Shown one piece after another: positions 47,650 through 61,169 of a stretch of 64,000 nt of DNA. Every line of letters starts with the position of its first letter. Within the stretch, counting starts at the first letter, position 1. The DNA comes from Gekko japonicus (taxonomy: Eukaryota). The DNA lies in assembly GCF_001447785.1 (NCBI RefSeq), contig NW_015173209.1, forward strand, positions 145,793 to 209,792, read 5' to 3'. The notes under the pieces were generated by a model. It ran no database searches and had not been told where the DNA came from. It saw nothing but the letters and a program-made list of their open reading frames with translations. The position numbers and the translations under genes are program-made.

Positions 47650-47905
47650 CCCCAGCTTCACTACCCAAAGGTTCTCAGAGCGGCTTACAAACTTCTTTCC
47701 CTTCCCCTCCCCACAACAGACACCCAGTGAGGTGGGTGGGGCTGAGAGAGCTCTGACAGAAACGGCTCTTTTTCAAGAACAGCTCTTATCAGAACTACGG
47801 CTTGCCCAAGGTCATCCAGGCAGGTGCAAGTGGAATAGTGGGGATTAGAGTCCATGCATTTAAGATTAGAGTCCATGTACTTAAACCACTACACCAAACT
47901 GTCTC
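47650..47905 (-). mobile_element. MIR/CORE-like tRNA SINE (squamate family)
   Basis: CCCACAACAGACACCC..TGAGGTGGGTGGGGCTGAGAG body shared with 57655-57890(+) and 60470-60758(-). Confidence 0.7.
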
Positions 47906-49802
47906 TGGTGCCACTGGATTCAAACTTTTTTCTATTTTTTTTCAGACCTACATGGCTACCCACTTGAATTGGACCTCCAGGCAACAGGGCATCCCAAATC
48001 TACCTTCCTACAAAAACATACCTCCATGTTTTCCTAATATCAAATGGTGCACTTCTAAGAACAGTTTATTATTTATTTATTACAACATTTAGACCCCACT
48101 TTTCCTTGTGGTTCAAGACAACTTAAAAGTAAGCCCCACTGAATAGACCTACTGAGTAGGATTCTGAGTAGACTTGCTTAGGATGGCACCAAAACAGTCT
48201 CACTCTGCGGTTAGTTCCCTCAAGACCCTGCCTGCCTTTGTGGGCAACTCCTTATGCTGCAGCTACGCCTCACACATGACCATGTTGTACCTGATGCACT
48301 TCCACACCAAATACTCCTCTAGGGTTACCATATTTTGAAAAGCAAAAAAGAGGACACGTCTCCTGACTGACTACTTCAACCAAGTGATCAGTATGGCAGA
48401 TCTCATTTTAAATACCCTACTATTTCAGCTCTGTTAAGTTTTGGAGAAGTGCCCCATGCTTCTGCAGACAGCAATCACCCCAAGAGAATGGGGAAGAGAA
48501 AAGTCTGGTTTTCTCCCCCCCCCCCTGCAATGGAAGAATGGGGAGAGAGAGAGGCGAGCATATGGGAGGGAGGGAAGGGAAAGGAGGGGAGCGAGTGCTT
48601 GCTTTGCTACACCGCAAGCTGGAGAATCAGGCCGAATCTGAATTTCATTTTTACAGCAGTCTTGATGCCGTCTTTCTTTATACTGGTGTGATGCTTTTTT
48701 CAAAGTGGTTCAAAAAAAGCTATTTTTTTCTGTTTGCTGACTGGGAGTGTTGTTGTTTTCCTCCTTCTTTTCTAGCACGCCCGGCATTTGTGGCACCCAT
48801 TAGCTTTACACAAGGCAATAAATTACTTAAGCCAACAAGCCAACAAGCTATAAACTTCTCTTTACATTCAAAGAGAAGGTTTTTCTCAGCTTTCAGCTTT
48901 TCCCAGCTTTTGGTTTAAACAAGAAAGCAAAAATAGCCAAAATAGCCAAAAAACCTGTAAAGACTAGGTGTTTAGTTTGCAGTATGCATGCATGCATGCA
49001 TGCATGCATGTATGTAGAAGGGATCTTTCTCTAACTTTTCAGGCATTATAAAAATTACAAAACATGATAAAATCATTCACTCTTAGCTTGTCAAGCAAGG
49101 GGAAAATTTCTTACATTCCTCTATGTGCTGTCAGAAGGTAAATAGAGTAGATAAGCCTCTGATTAGCACTTGGGGTGGGGCTTAGCGTGCTTTTAAACAC
49201 ATCCATTTGAGCTGGAGAGAAGCCACAATCATGACAGAGCCAAAACCATAGGGCAATAAAATAATGCAGACAGCAGAAATTATAACAGTACAGTAGGAGA
49301 GCGAAACCTAAAGAGACGTGGATGTCTTTTTTGGAGATGGAGTGAGAGTGTAGCTGCGAAATAAATTCACTTCCTGAAATTCTGAGTGTGGTTGTACGAT
49401 ACCACGCCATTGTGGATACAATAAGTTTAAGCAGTGTAAGTAGCTGCTGCATTCTTTTTCTTCTGTTTCCACTGTGCAAGAGCTGTACTGCAAGCTGGAT
49501 CTGATGAATGGTGTTCAGTTGGGGGACAGGTTTTCCAAGAAAAGAGAAATCAAACATTCTATTGGTCTAGTTTGTAAGCCCCATTGCAAATATCACTAAA
49601 TACATTTAACATTATCTTAAACTTCTAGTAATGCAAACACAATGAATATGTAAGGATCAATATAACAATCTCATTATGTACTCCCAGAAAATGATGGTTC
49701 ATGTGCCCTCAAAGGGAAGAGAGGTTCAATGACCCCCACCACTGCCATTGCAAAGGCTTGCAGTGGTTCTAGCAAATGCCCTTTTGTCTGTCCTCTTACC
49801 CC

Positions 49803-49932
49803 ACACACACTAAATAATCCACTTTCAATCCACTTTCGAATTGGATTTTGCCAGCTCAGACAGTAAAATCCAGTTGGAAAGTGCACTGAAAGTGGATTGA
49901 AAGTGGATTATTTAGTGAGTGTGATCACAGCC
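49803..49932. mobile_element. Palindromic MITE (hairpin)
   Basis: ~30-bp perfect inverted arms CACTAAATAATCCACTTTCAATCCACTTTC and GAAAGTGGATTGAAAGTGGATTATTTAGTG. The right end GTGTGATCACAGCC resembles the TIR of 59666-60238. Confidence 0.75.
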
Positions 49933-50068
49933 TCTATGTGGTCCCCTGAATTTATGCAGAAGGCATCATACAGGAAGCTTGGGGGATGCTATGCTTAGCT
50001 GAGGCTAGCTAGCAAATGTCAGTGTCCCCAGGAGCTTCTGTGATCTGAGGAGCTATATGAGACTGTAT

Positions 50069-50521
50069 GGCTGAGGACAGACTGGAAGTATGAAGGGTGA
50101 GGGAGGCGGGGCAAAAAGACCAAGTTGTGCTGGGGATTCCTTTTCGCACTGCACCTACTGATGCAGGAGCATACCGGGGAGGAGGCGCAAGGGAGCATTC
50201 ACACTGTTGGCCCACCCCTGGTGGAGGTGCGACTCTATGTGGCTTTTTTGCACTCCAGCAACATGTGCCTATGCGCATAGGCGCAGCAATGCGGCTTCCT
50301 TGCAGCTTTTAGTGTGCACATTTCCGGGAAGCGGGATCAACGCGCTCTCCAGGGTTTGCTACCGCTTTCACCTGATACTTTTTAATGTGGTAGGGAATCG
50401 TCATAGGATGTGTTGAGTACAGCTGGGGAACGCCTGACAGCTGTGGCTGTGTGAACCAGCCCCTTTAATCCATTTGTGAAAAGTGCCTATATCGCGCCAA
50501 ACTGCCAGTCTGAACTCAGCC
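50069..50521. mobile_element. PIF/Harbinger-type MITE, same family as 42552-43082, opposite orientation
   Basis: TIR GGCTGAGGACAGACTGG and CCAGTCTGAACTCAGCC, 3-bp TSD TAT, internal similarity to 42552-43082. Confidence 0.75.
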
Positions 50522-50844
50522 TATGTGTATCTTTTGAGGGAATGATGCATGGTCTTGCCCTCAATCTTGGTCAGATCTGAGGAGAAGAAAGTGGAAAAGC
50601 AGGATGAGAAAAACAGAAGCTTACAAATGGGGGTAGGGTGGGAAAACAGACTTTTGAGCCTACTGTATGCTTGTGGTTTGGTTCATGCTCCTCAGACCTC
50701 TGATCCACATGAATCCCAAGTCAATAAACACACTCTAAGAATTTGTTTTTTCTATTAAGTTTACTAAATCATAGAACAAGTATGAAGGTGAAGTGCATAG
50801 AACTTGTAACAAGAAACTGGCATAATTTATCCTAATTTAGGCAA

Positions 50845-51242
50845 CATATTTATATATTTATTTATTTATATTTATAATTTAAATTTGTATCCCGCCTAGC
50901 CACAGGACAGGCTCAAGGCGGCTAACAACATTTAAAACACCAAGACAATACATACATTAAAATACATTAATAAATTAAGACTACATAACCATTAGATAGT
51001 ACTAGTAATGATGACAACGAAGCTTGCAGCATACACTATACAAACAAGGGCAATAACCAACTGCTGTTTTATGTGGTCCAAGATGCGTTCTGGCGGCACC
51101 GACATCTGTGGTGCTTTCTCCAGTGGCCCCCTCACCGGTGGCGGCTCCTAATCGAAGGTCTGGTGGAAGAGCTCCGTTTTGCAGACCCTGCAGAACTGTA
51201 AAAGGTCCCGCGGGGGCATGATGTTATTTGGGAGCTCATTCT
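50845..51242 (-). mobile_element. L2-like LINE 3' fragment
   Basis: (TAAA)n tail, GTTAGCCGCCTTGAGCC...GGCGGGATACAAAT terminus and upstream CTCTTCCACCAGACCTT segment. Similar tails occur at ~2590, ~11000 and ~12840. Confidence 0.5.
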
Positions 51243-53756
51243 ATAGAGATAATTCAAGAATAGAGATAATTCAAGAATAGAACAAAATCCTCATGTATGA
51301 AAAGAATGTTCATGAAATGGCTGAAATCTGAGTTGCCATTATTAACCCAAATTTTAAATTATGAAAGACAAAAGTGTAATGCGTTGGATTCAAAAGTTAT
51401 TTTCCACTAATGGTAGATGCTTTCTCCAGTGCAAGGAAACTTCAACTGGAGGATTCCAGTGTTAGGAGAACGGAAACATCTTTTTATAAAAGATTCATAT
51501 GATTGAAGGGCAGGTACTTTATCTTCATTAGTGTGGTGGACTAAGGAAGGGGAGATGATATCAGGATTTCCACAGTAGTTGGGAAGGCAACTGGCCTGGA
51601 CAACAGATCTACCAGCTGACTTGGAGCAGTCCAACAGGCCATCCCTCTCATCCACAGGCCAACAGAAGTATTGTCAAGGAAGGCCAAGGACCTACTTTCT
51701 CTGAAAGGTAATCTCTGAAAGGTAAAGTCCAACCATCAAAAGCAAGCTGGAATATTCATTGTCTGCCCAGACCATGTGGCTTCTCAGCAAGTCTTCCAAG
51801 CAATAGTTTATTGGGAAATTTGTAGACTTCCATAATTTCACTAGGCCTTAGCCTTCCCACACTGTGATCTGTGTATCCCATTTCATTATTATGTTACAGG
51901 TTTTATGGAAATACATTGTTACATTGCAATACAACTATCCCACATCAAACAGCAATGAGATATTATTATCCATTATACATCAGTTCTAATGATGTTTTAT
52001 TGGTCTGCTGTGTCCTGAGATGACTTCACAAAGGGAGAAGTCCTGAACTAGTCTACTCAGATATACACCCCATTGTATTTGGTGGGGCTTACTTCCAGGA
52101 AAGTGTTCTTAGTATCGCAGCCATAAACCCATGACAACGCAGATTTACAGAATTCTTTGGAATTCATGTCATTTGTGTAGTCACAATATACTGCTGTTTG
52201 ATTTCTACAGGTTGGCCAAACATTGATATGAAAGTCACACCCAATCAATACCTCAGATAATGTGGACTGATTGTGCATTTATGCTAGCATATCCTTAAGG
52301 GAATAGCCTAAGGAATATTTTGCTGTCAGAAGTCCCACATTTTAAAAATCTGTACACAGTTACTTAGAAGGTAATATATAATGATTGGGGGCCTGGAACA
52401 AACACTTTGGAAATCCCTCACCCCAATATCTCCTCCTCCAAAGTACTATAACCTTTCAGAAACTACTGAGTACAATTGGTCTTCCACTGAAATTTCCATT
52501 TGCTTAAGGGGTCATTGAAAACCAAAGTTCTTGCACAAGCACAAGATTTAGAGGAAGAGTAAGCATGTTCCCTGGAAGAGACTGTGCATCCTGGACACAA
52601 CTCCTCCATGGAACCCTGCCCACATATTCTGCAATATATTCACTCCTCGCCATGCCTTTTCTGTTTGTCTTTGTATTTATTTATTTCTTTATTTTACTTT
52701 ACATCCATAGATTTCTTCATGCCAGGGACTTCCTTGAATATAGACACTTCCCCTGTCTCTAGACAGTTTAGTTATGCTGCCTTTTGTGACTTATATAGGG
52801 ACCCACCACTTGTAAACAAATATAATAATGGATCTGTAACCATCCAACATATCTGCTCTATCTTGTCTAATTCTTCTACTTACTATACCCCCTGTCCTAC
52901 AGTAATCTTATCAGGGTGGGTCCAATGATCTCCAGCATGGCCTTTTGCATGGCCAAAGGGATTATTCATCCATTTTTCAGTTGCCAAAAAGCTGGGTGGA
53001 TCCAGCCATAGTTTTCTATTTATTTATTGGAACTCAGCACACTTCCAGTTCCATTTCAGAGATTCCTACCAGAGTAAAATTCTGCGACTAGTTCTTGAAG
53101 GGAAACACTGTGAGTTCTAGGATATGGAGTTCCCAGGGAACCTGGTGTCCATAGTAAGATTGTTTGGTGAACTAGGGAAACTACATTTCACATTGGATCT
53201 AGTACCTGGATTCTTTCAGAGCTATGTGCTGGAGGGTGGCAGGACTGACCCCACCAGATCTGAAAAAAATAGCTGATGAAGCAGCTAGTAAGGAGAGTTG
53301 GGAAGATGCTATCAGAATACCCATCAGACTACTCTTGCTGTCAGTTTATTTACTGAATTTTGCAGTTGGGCTGTTGCAGGAATTGAGATATCATCATCAT
53401 CATTATTATTATATGCATGGGTAGCTAAGCCTAATTCTGTACTGAACAAGGTGCAATTTGACCATCACTGATTTTGAAGGTGGCTTCTGGAAATTCTTAG
53501 GTTCTCATCATTATTCACCTAATGCAGCATTTCAAGTAAATGAAGATGCCTCTTCTTAGCCAAACCCACAAATTATGATAGGAAGAACAAAATTTCTTTC
53601 AGGGGTTCCATACATAGCAAGTGTTCTCTTGTGCTGGTACATTTCATATTTCATATTTAGTCCTATTATCACATTTTGGCTGTACAGAATTCTCATAACA
53701 AATCAAAACTTTACTTATCCCTTTTTACATATCCGGATAGATGACAATATTCAATA

Positions 53757-54728
53757 TCATTGAATAGCTTTTGTCCAGTATGAGAAAGCTGAAACTTTAC
53801 CCAGCAATTTCATTAGGACTTCTTTAACCTCCTTGTTCCTTAAACTGTATACAATAGGGTTAAACATAGGGGTCAGAACAGTATACAGTAAGGAAAGGAT
53901 TTTGTTTAATTCCACCGACTGAGTTCCTACAGAGACAATATATGTAATTCCCAGAGTCCCATAAAAAATGGTTACAATGATAAGATGAGAACTACAAGTG
54001 GAAAATGCTTTTGTCTTTCCAGAGGAAGACGGGATTTTGAGAATAGTTGATATTATATTTATGTATGATGTGATGGTCAGGAGAAAAGGAAACAAGGATA
54101 CTGCAAAGCATGCCACAAAAATGGTCACCTCTGCTGGGTGGGTGTCAGAACAAGACAGTTTCAACAAAGGGGTCAAGTCACAAAAGAAATGATCAACCTG
54201 AATGGGGCCACAAAGGGTTAATGATGTGGATACAATGAAGTTCAACCCAGCAGCTAACAGGAAACCCCATAACCAGGTCCCAGCAGTTAACTTAAAACAG
54301 TAGTTCCAATTCATCAGCTTGGCATAGTGCAGAGGATTACAGATGGCAAGATAGCGATCATAGGACATCAGCAACAAGAGAAAACATTCAACAGTTCCTA
54401 AGGCACAGAAAATGTACAACTGTATAAAACAACTTGCCAATGAAATCGTTTTCTCCTTCCTCATTAAATCCACCAGCATCTTGGGGGTGATGTTTGCAGT
54501 GTACCATATTTCCAGGAAAGATAGGTTACCAAGAAAGAAGTACATGGGTGTATGAAGCTTCTTATCCATGGATACAACTATTAAAATGAGAACGTTTCCT
54601 ACCAATGTTATGATATACACTGCCAAAAACAAAGTAAAAATTAAAAGCTGCAGTTCCTGGAGGTTCCCAAAACCGAGGAGTATTAAGAGGTTTATTGCTG
54701 TTCCATTGTGTTTCCTATAATTTTCCAT
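53757..54728 (-). CDS. Olfactory receptor, class II
   Basis: 323-aa intact ORF with NGT, LHTPMYFFLGNLS, MSYDRYLAICNPLHY, DHFFCD, KAFSTCSSH, PMFNPIVYSLRNKEV. Confidence 0.96.
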   Translation of the reverse strand: MENYRKHNGTAINLLILLGFGNLQELQLLIFTLFLAVYIITLVGNVLILIVVSMDKKLHTPMYFFLGNLSFLEIWYTANITPKMLVDLMRKEKTISLASCFIQLYIFCALGTVECFLLLLMSYDRYLAICNPLHYAKLMNWNYCFKLTAGTWLWGFLLAAGLNFIVSTSLTLCGPIQVDHFFCDLTPLLKLSCSDTHPAEVTIFVACFAVSLFPFLLTITSYINIISTILKIPSSSGKTKAFSTCSSHLIIVTIFYGTLGITYIVSVGTQSVELNKILSLLYTVLTPMFNPIVYSLRNKEVKEVLMKLLGKVSAFSYWTKAIQ

Positions 54729-56580
54729 TAGGTAGGCCTAATTTGAGGAGGAAATGATTGTTTTTAAAAGCAGTCAAATATTTTACATTTTACATAATGC
54801 AGTTGCATTTATTAATGTAGATATTTAGCAGTCAGTTACACTTTTAAATAATGAATGACTGAAAAGGAAATGAAAGAAAAAAATGAAAAGGAATATGATG
54901 TAGATGTTACCTTTTTATGTCTCTTATCCAACATCTGTAAATGTATATTCTTCCAAGTATTTTATTTCTACTGGTTTCAAGGTTCTATTCTTACTTGGGT
55001 TCTGAAATCGCCAAGTTTCCATAGTTCCCTGTCTCGTTTAACTCAATGATTTGAATTTGCCATCTTACCAGCCCCCATGACTGTTCCCTAATGTTATTGC
55101 ATGCAATGTTTCCTTAAATATTTGTAAGTAACTGTAGCCAATCCCTCTGCAATTTCATTATATATGTCATAAAGGATTGCACCAGAGATTAGTTATATAG
55201 AGAAAAATATATTTATAGTTTATACAATAAGGCTCTAGAGAGCATTAGTCATTGAATCTTTTGAAAAATATGATGATCATATATGAGAACCAGAGTTCTC
55301 CTCAGAATGTTATAATGGATAGATTGATGAAATTAGGCCAGGGAACCTCAAATATCCTATTGCGCAGGTATGATATGCACAGTTTAATCATAAGGCAATA
55401 ATTATTCCCTAGGCCATCCCACATTACGAGACTCAGAATAAAATGGGTGGGCAAGTACATGTATGCCACCTTGTGTTTTTTGGAGGAGAGGTCGGATAAA
55501 AATGTTACAGTGGGCAAGAAATGTTTGGCAGTTTTCTAATCTCTGAAAGCCTGCAAAAACTGATAGGTTGGAAGATGGATGACAACTGAAAGCCATATCA
55601 GAAGCCAGCTGGAGGTCTTCTGTTGAATTTGGTTCTGAGAAAAATGCTACATGTAGAGAGTTGCAGTTAACTTCAGCATGTTTAAATTATTCATCTTTCC
55701 CTTCTCTTGGCAGTCCCTGCGTCCCTGCGTCTTCATCTTTCATTTATTTTCTTCTTCCCACCTATCAACCAATCAAGCAACCTTTTATCTCCCATCATCC
55801 TCAGCTATATTTCTTATTTATTTACTTTCTTTTGTACCCCACCCTTCTCCATAATGGGGATCCAGAGGAGCTTAGATCATGCTCCTCTTCCCCATTTTAT
55901 CCTCACAACAACCATGTGAGGTAGGTTAGGCTGAGAGTTTATGACTGGCCAAACGTCACCCAATAGGCCTACGGGGAGGGCGGGATAAAAATCTAAATAA
56001 TAAATAAATAAATAAAATAAATCATGGCAGACTGGATATTTGAATCTAGTTTCAAGACTACCAACTTCTTGTCTGGAATTCCAACCACTATACCATACTA
56101 TCTTTTATGGGGAGGCTGCTGTTGAACAGTAGCAAACAACTAGACCTGGGTAAGTAAGCAAGTTGGGTAGTAGCAAGTAACCCAGTGGTTGCTATAGACC
56201 TGGTTTTGATTAGTCCTCCCACAAAGGCCAACACAGTCCTCAAAAGGAGTCCTGTCCCCTCCTCCTACCTGGAATTGACAGAATGACAGTCTGGAAGCCT
56301 GGCAATAGTGTTGTGGTTGGCAATCAGTGACCACTGTGAAAACATTCATTTCTGAAAGGTACAGATGCTCCTTCTATTATTCTCTGTAAACATGTTGCTT
56401 TCATCAAATTTGTAGAAACATCTGATGGAATTTGTAGAAATATATTGGATCTCCTGGTGAAAGAGGAGGAAGGCTTTCCCTTAGAGAAGTTGACTGGATC
56501 CATCTCTCCCCCCCCCCTTCTCTTAACAGCTTTCATTTTCTGAGAATGTAACTACTATAAAATAGCTTAACGTTACACTT

Positions 56581-57593
56581 TGTTGCCCAGCAAGGCGCTG
56601 GTAGCGCTCCTATGGACTCTTAATTCATAAAAGATAAAAGCTGGACTATGCAAGCTGTGTGCAAAAGGGGCTGAATTGTGTGGCAGTGCTAGTTACAGAC
56701 ACGCACCTGGATGAAGGACGCCTTCCTTTGAAGCAATGTGCCACCCTCTTACCTGCAGTAAAATGAATTAGTTCCCTAGCCACATGCAACACGGAAAGCC
56801 AGGCAGTTGCCATGCCAGACAGAAGACAGAAGACCAGGGATAGGGAACTCACAATCCATGAAGAACCCTCTTTCCAGCACGTAGGCAAATGTTCTTTCCC
56901 CCCACTTAATATCTTACCTAGCTGAAACTACAGACATAAGACAACCAGGGGAAAATGGCTCTCGCCCAGGAGTCATAATCCCTTCAGGTGCCGCTACCCA
57001 GACCCAATATTGTCCATCCTCTTAGACCTTTCCCCTTTGGACCAAGTATCAGTCAGCATGTTTTTGGGGACGGACCAACAGGAGGTATACCAAAGGGGGC
57101 AGCCAAGCCTAGCCCACCCTTCAAGCCCCCTCATAAAAGAGGGCATAAACACACATGCTCTCTCTCTCTCTTTCTCCTGACTTCTATACACAACCTCCCC
57201 CCCCCCACGACTCTCAGGTAGCACTGCCAGAGTCTCTCCGTGTCTCTGCTGGCTCAGGACACGATCCCCTTCTCCCGCAGTCTCTCTAATTTTTCCTAGC
57301 AATCACTCCATCCCGCTGAAGACAGGTAAAGTATTGCCTCTCAACAAATCTCCTGCTAATGCAAATGTACTATACTCTTCTCTCTAATTCTACTATATCT
57401 GTGTACTTGTTAGTGTGTTTGTGTTATTGTATGCCTGTGAAATAAGCTTCAGTAAACCGAATCATTCTATATCAAAGCCAGTCTCAGAGTCTATCTCTGG
57501 TGCGTCTGGAAGAAGTGGGTGTATACATAGGTGCTTGCTCCCTAACTCACCTATTGCCTTCAGTGACATCACAACTCCCCATATTAAATAACA
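56581..57593 (+). mobile_element. Probable solo LTR
   Basis: ~1 kb block from TGTT to TAACA with CATAAA, a CT-rich R-like region and an AGTAAA polyadenylation-like signal. No clean TSD. Confidence 0.45.
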
Positions 57594-57654
57594 ATTTAAG
57601 GCAATTTGGCTAACAACTTGTCCCCCTGTCATAATTATCCTGTGCTTATATTTG

Positions 57655-57993
57655 TGGTCTGTGTGCAGACTCTAACCTGGGAGAACTGGGTTCGATTCCC
57701 CACTCCTCCACTTGCAGCTGCTGGATGACCTTGGGCAAGCCATAGTTCTCTCAGAACTGTTCTTGAAAGAGAAGTTCTCGAAAGAGCTCTCTCAGAGCTG
57801 CCTACTTCACAGGGTGTCTGTTGTGGGGAGGGGAAGGCATTTGTAAGCAGCTCTGAGACTCTAAGTGAAGGGCAGGGTATAAATCCAATCCCCTACTAAA
57901 ACTACTACTACTACCACTACTACCACTACCACTACTACTACCACTACTACCACTACTACCACTACTACCACTACTACCACTACTACCACTACT
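57655..57993 (+). mobile_element. MIR/CORE-like tRNA SINE with (CTA/CCA)n microsatellite tail
   Basis: B-box GGTTCGATTCCC, GATGACCTTGGGCAAG core, and a trinucleotide tail at 57893-57993. Confidence 0.75.
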
Positions 57994-59665
57994 CTTAATT
58001 TGTAATTAAAATAAAACAAATAATTATTGCTAATTTTTATGTCTGCTGTGCTGATTACAAACATAAGCCCTCCAGATTCTTCTTCTACATCTGCACAAAA
58101 TACCTTGCAGATCAATTTAATAACTGAAAACACAAGGTTGCATCCTCCCAGGTTTTCTATTGGTTGGCAATGAGGAGGGGCCTGTTTTGAACATCAAAAA
58201 AAGCTATTATGATCATGAGGTTTGCATTGATTAAAGTAGATGTCAGCTGCAATAAAGAGGGAAAGTGTGGAAGATTGAGTGGGAAAGCTAGAGACATCCA
58301 ACCAATAAAGCTGAATCATCAGTTTTATCATTTTGTATAGCAATTGTCTACATATTTTCTACACATATCATATTCCAGACACTAATTATCTTCATTTACT
58401 TTAAAGAAGACCCACTATTGGGATAAGTACATCCCTGGTTTAGAAACTGGGAATCACAACCATCATTAGTTGGAAATTATACAAACATTGTTTTAAGGAC
58501 TAGCTGTTCTTACAAAGCTGTTTCTTCTTTGCTGGTTCCCTTATTGCATTGTTAACTTATATCTGTTGTTCATGATAGATCATTTCATATGGGTAGTTTC
58601 CACATTATCAAAGGCTGCAGCGGAAAAGGATAGAAAAAAATGTATGCTGACCTGTCACATTGGTGAGGCATAAGAACCACAGCCATTAAAAGTGAGAAAG
58701 ACCATAGGGAAGGGGAGGAAGTGCATGAACAGTGACAACCCCTATTAATCAATATGTATCTTTTGGCATCCTACCCTTATCAACCAGTATGTATCAATGG
58801 TGAGTCTTGCTTTAAGGGAATGACTGCCCCCCCTTTTAATAGGTGTGGCCTCTTAACAGTCAAAGGTCATTCTGATGAGCTGCACCCATTCTGCTGCTTC
58901 TGTTCCTACATCACAATGAACTCATCCATGTAGTTAATTGATTCTGTAAGAATATAACATACCGGCATTATACCCATATGTATTTCAGTCTGAATGATTG
59001 TGCTCAGTCACATGATTTACAGCTAACAATGTGGAATATTTTTGCAGCCTACAGATTTCAAGGGCTGTGGAAAGAGAATATTTATTCAGAAAAATCAGAG
59101 ACCTGCTCAATATGGCTCATGATGTAAAAACAAACAAACAATACAATCATAAAAAACAACTGAAGTACCAATAATAAACAAACCAAGAAAACAATCAAAT
59201 GTCATACAAACATCATAAAACAACATTCAGCAGCTTAAAATTATATTCAAACAAGTGTTCTTAGAAGTAAACATATAAGAGTTTTCTAAAAAAAAATGAA
59301 CACCCTTTGTTAAAAGCTTGTATATCTTAAAAAGAAATGTTTTGTCCTTGCAACTAAGTGATATTTAGGTAGATGTCAGACAAGCCTTTGGGGAGGGCAT
59401 TCCAAAGGTGAGGTGCTACCACTGAGAAGCCTGAGTTCTAAGGGCCACACTCCTTACCCCTGCAGGCACAAGGGTACAGGACAAAAAACAAGGGTTTGGA
59501 AGTAGATCTTAACTAGCAGGCTGGCCAGACATTGAGCTTTGGTTGCTGCCTCTCAATCTGTCTAAATTTGCAGCTGGGAGGTGAAATGCTATAGTATAGT
59601 ATAGCCTAATCTTTTCAGATCCCAAAATCCAAGCAGAGTTGGTATTTGGATGGGAGACCATCAAG

Positions 59666-60238
59666 GGTCCCGGTCACACGGGCCGGAAAATGTGTGTGGG
59701 GGGGAAGCGTGGCAGTTTGGCCTGGAGCAAAATAACGCGTGGCCACCTGATCACACGTCCCATCGAGGTCCCATGGTTAAGGGCAAGGTGGTGATCACAC
59801 GACAATCCTGCACACGACAATGGCTAGGCGCTGCTGCCGTGACAAAGGGGGTCATTTTTTTAAAGCCAAAGTTAGCACATGCACGATTCTGTGGAGCAAC
59901 GGGACTGTCACTTTCCTATTTGTGCGCATGCGCCATTGGGTGCTTCTGCGCATCCTGTGGAGACTTGGGGGAAAAAACCCTGTTTGCGATGAAACATGGG
60001 CAGGCGCCAGATGCCACGGACTACCACCAGAAATGCGATCAGACGCCAGCCCTTGCTCTGCAGTTTCCGGAAACTAGTACCTTGGAGGAACTAGTTTTTT
60101 ACTCCGCATCTTCGGCTGGAAGCCTCGGGTTTGCCACGGGAGCTCTACGCTTCCCAGATGTTGCGGTGTGATCGCGCCCGGAAAATCCACCTATCATCCG
60201 TCTCTGTAGCGTGGCTAATGCTCCGTGTGACCACAGCC
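59666..60238. mobile_element. PIF/Harbinger-type MITE inserted into a 5S-headed SINE
   Basis: TIR GGTCCCGGTCACACGG and CCGTGTGACCACAGCC with TSD AAG. Removing it rejoins GGGAGACCATCAAG to GAAAACTTTGCAGAGGAGGCAATGGCAAAC. Confidence 0.75.
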
Positions 60239-60471
60239 AAGGAAAACTTTGCAGAGGAGGCAATGGCAAACTACTACTCTGCTTTATATGCCAAAAAAGG
60301 CTGACTTGACTTGACTACTACTCTGCTTACTCACTTACCTTGAAATTTCCCTGCTGGGGTTACCAGCTGAGACAGCACTTATTACACATGCAAGGTTGCA
60401 GCCCTCTGTACTTGCGATATAGCACCTTTACATTCAATGAAACTTAATTCTGACAAAGCATGCTTAGGATT

Positions 60472-60758
60472 GGAAGAAGAAGAAGAAGAGAAGAAGAGAT
60501 TGGTTTTATACCCTGCCCTTCACTTGGAGTCTCAGAGCGGCTTACAAACTCCTTCCCCTTCCCCTCCCCACAACAGACACCCTGTGAGGTGGGTGGGGCT
60601 GAGAGAACTCTGACACAAACTGTTCTTTTTCAAGGACAGCTGTGCCAGAGGTTGTGACTGACCCAAGGTCACATCAGCAGGTACAAGTGGAGGAGTGGGG
60701 AATCAAACCCGGTTCTCCCAGATTAGAGTCTGCACACTTAACCACTACACCAAGCTGC
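60472..60758 (-). mobile_element. MIR/CORE-like tRNA SINE with (TTC)n tail
   Basis: Reverse-complement match to 57655-57890. Confidence 0.75.
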
Positions 60759-61169
60759 TAGCCTTCACTCCAAATGATAGCAAAACATCCCTTAACTTTA
60801 CTTGGTGAAGAAGTATTCCCTTTAGTTCATCCTGAACATAACGTTTATCTGCTTCATCAGATTGCCCAGAATTTTTGAGTTTCAATATAGCATCATGACT
60901 TTTGATTGATTATTTACAACCCCCCAAAATAATGGACCTTCACTTTGCTCCATTAATGGTGTCCTATTTCTCCCACGGAAGGAGTCTTCCTGTGATGCAA
61001 ACAGCCCTTCTGTCAGCCAAGAATCTTCTTGCATCTGCATGACAAGGATGCTCAACTATTACCTGAGCAGAGTGGGATGATCTAACCCATAGACACAAAC
61101 ATATTATCCTTTTTTGTACACTAAAATAATAATCCTTCCACAGGTTTCAAATAAATAACAGGATTTTCT

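Noticed and set aside
55063-55080. Possible upstream exon (ATG GGG GCT G|GTAAGA) for the OR at 53757-54728
   Set aside because: A single donor-like match with no paralogue support, and out of frame with the receptor.
57861-58133. Poly-Val ORF
   Set aside because: Translation of a (CTA/CCA)n SINE-tail microsatellite.
59650-60171. 173-aa ORF
   Set aside because: It lies within a GC-rich MITE and has no recognisable domain.
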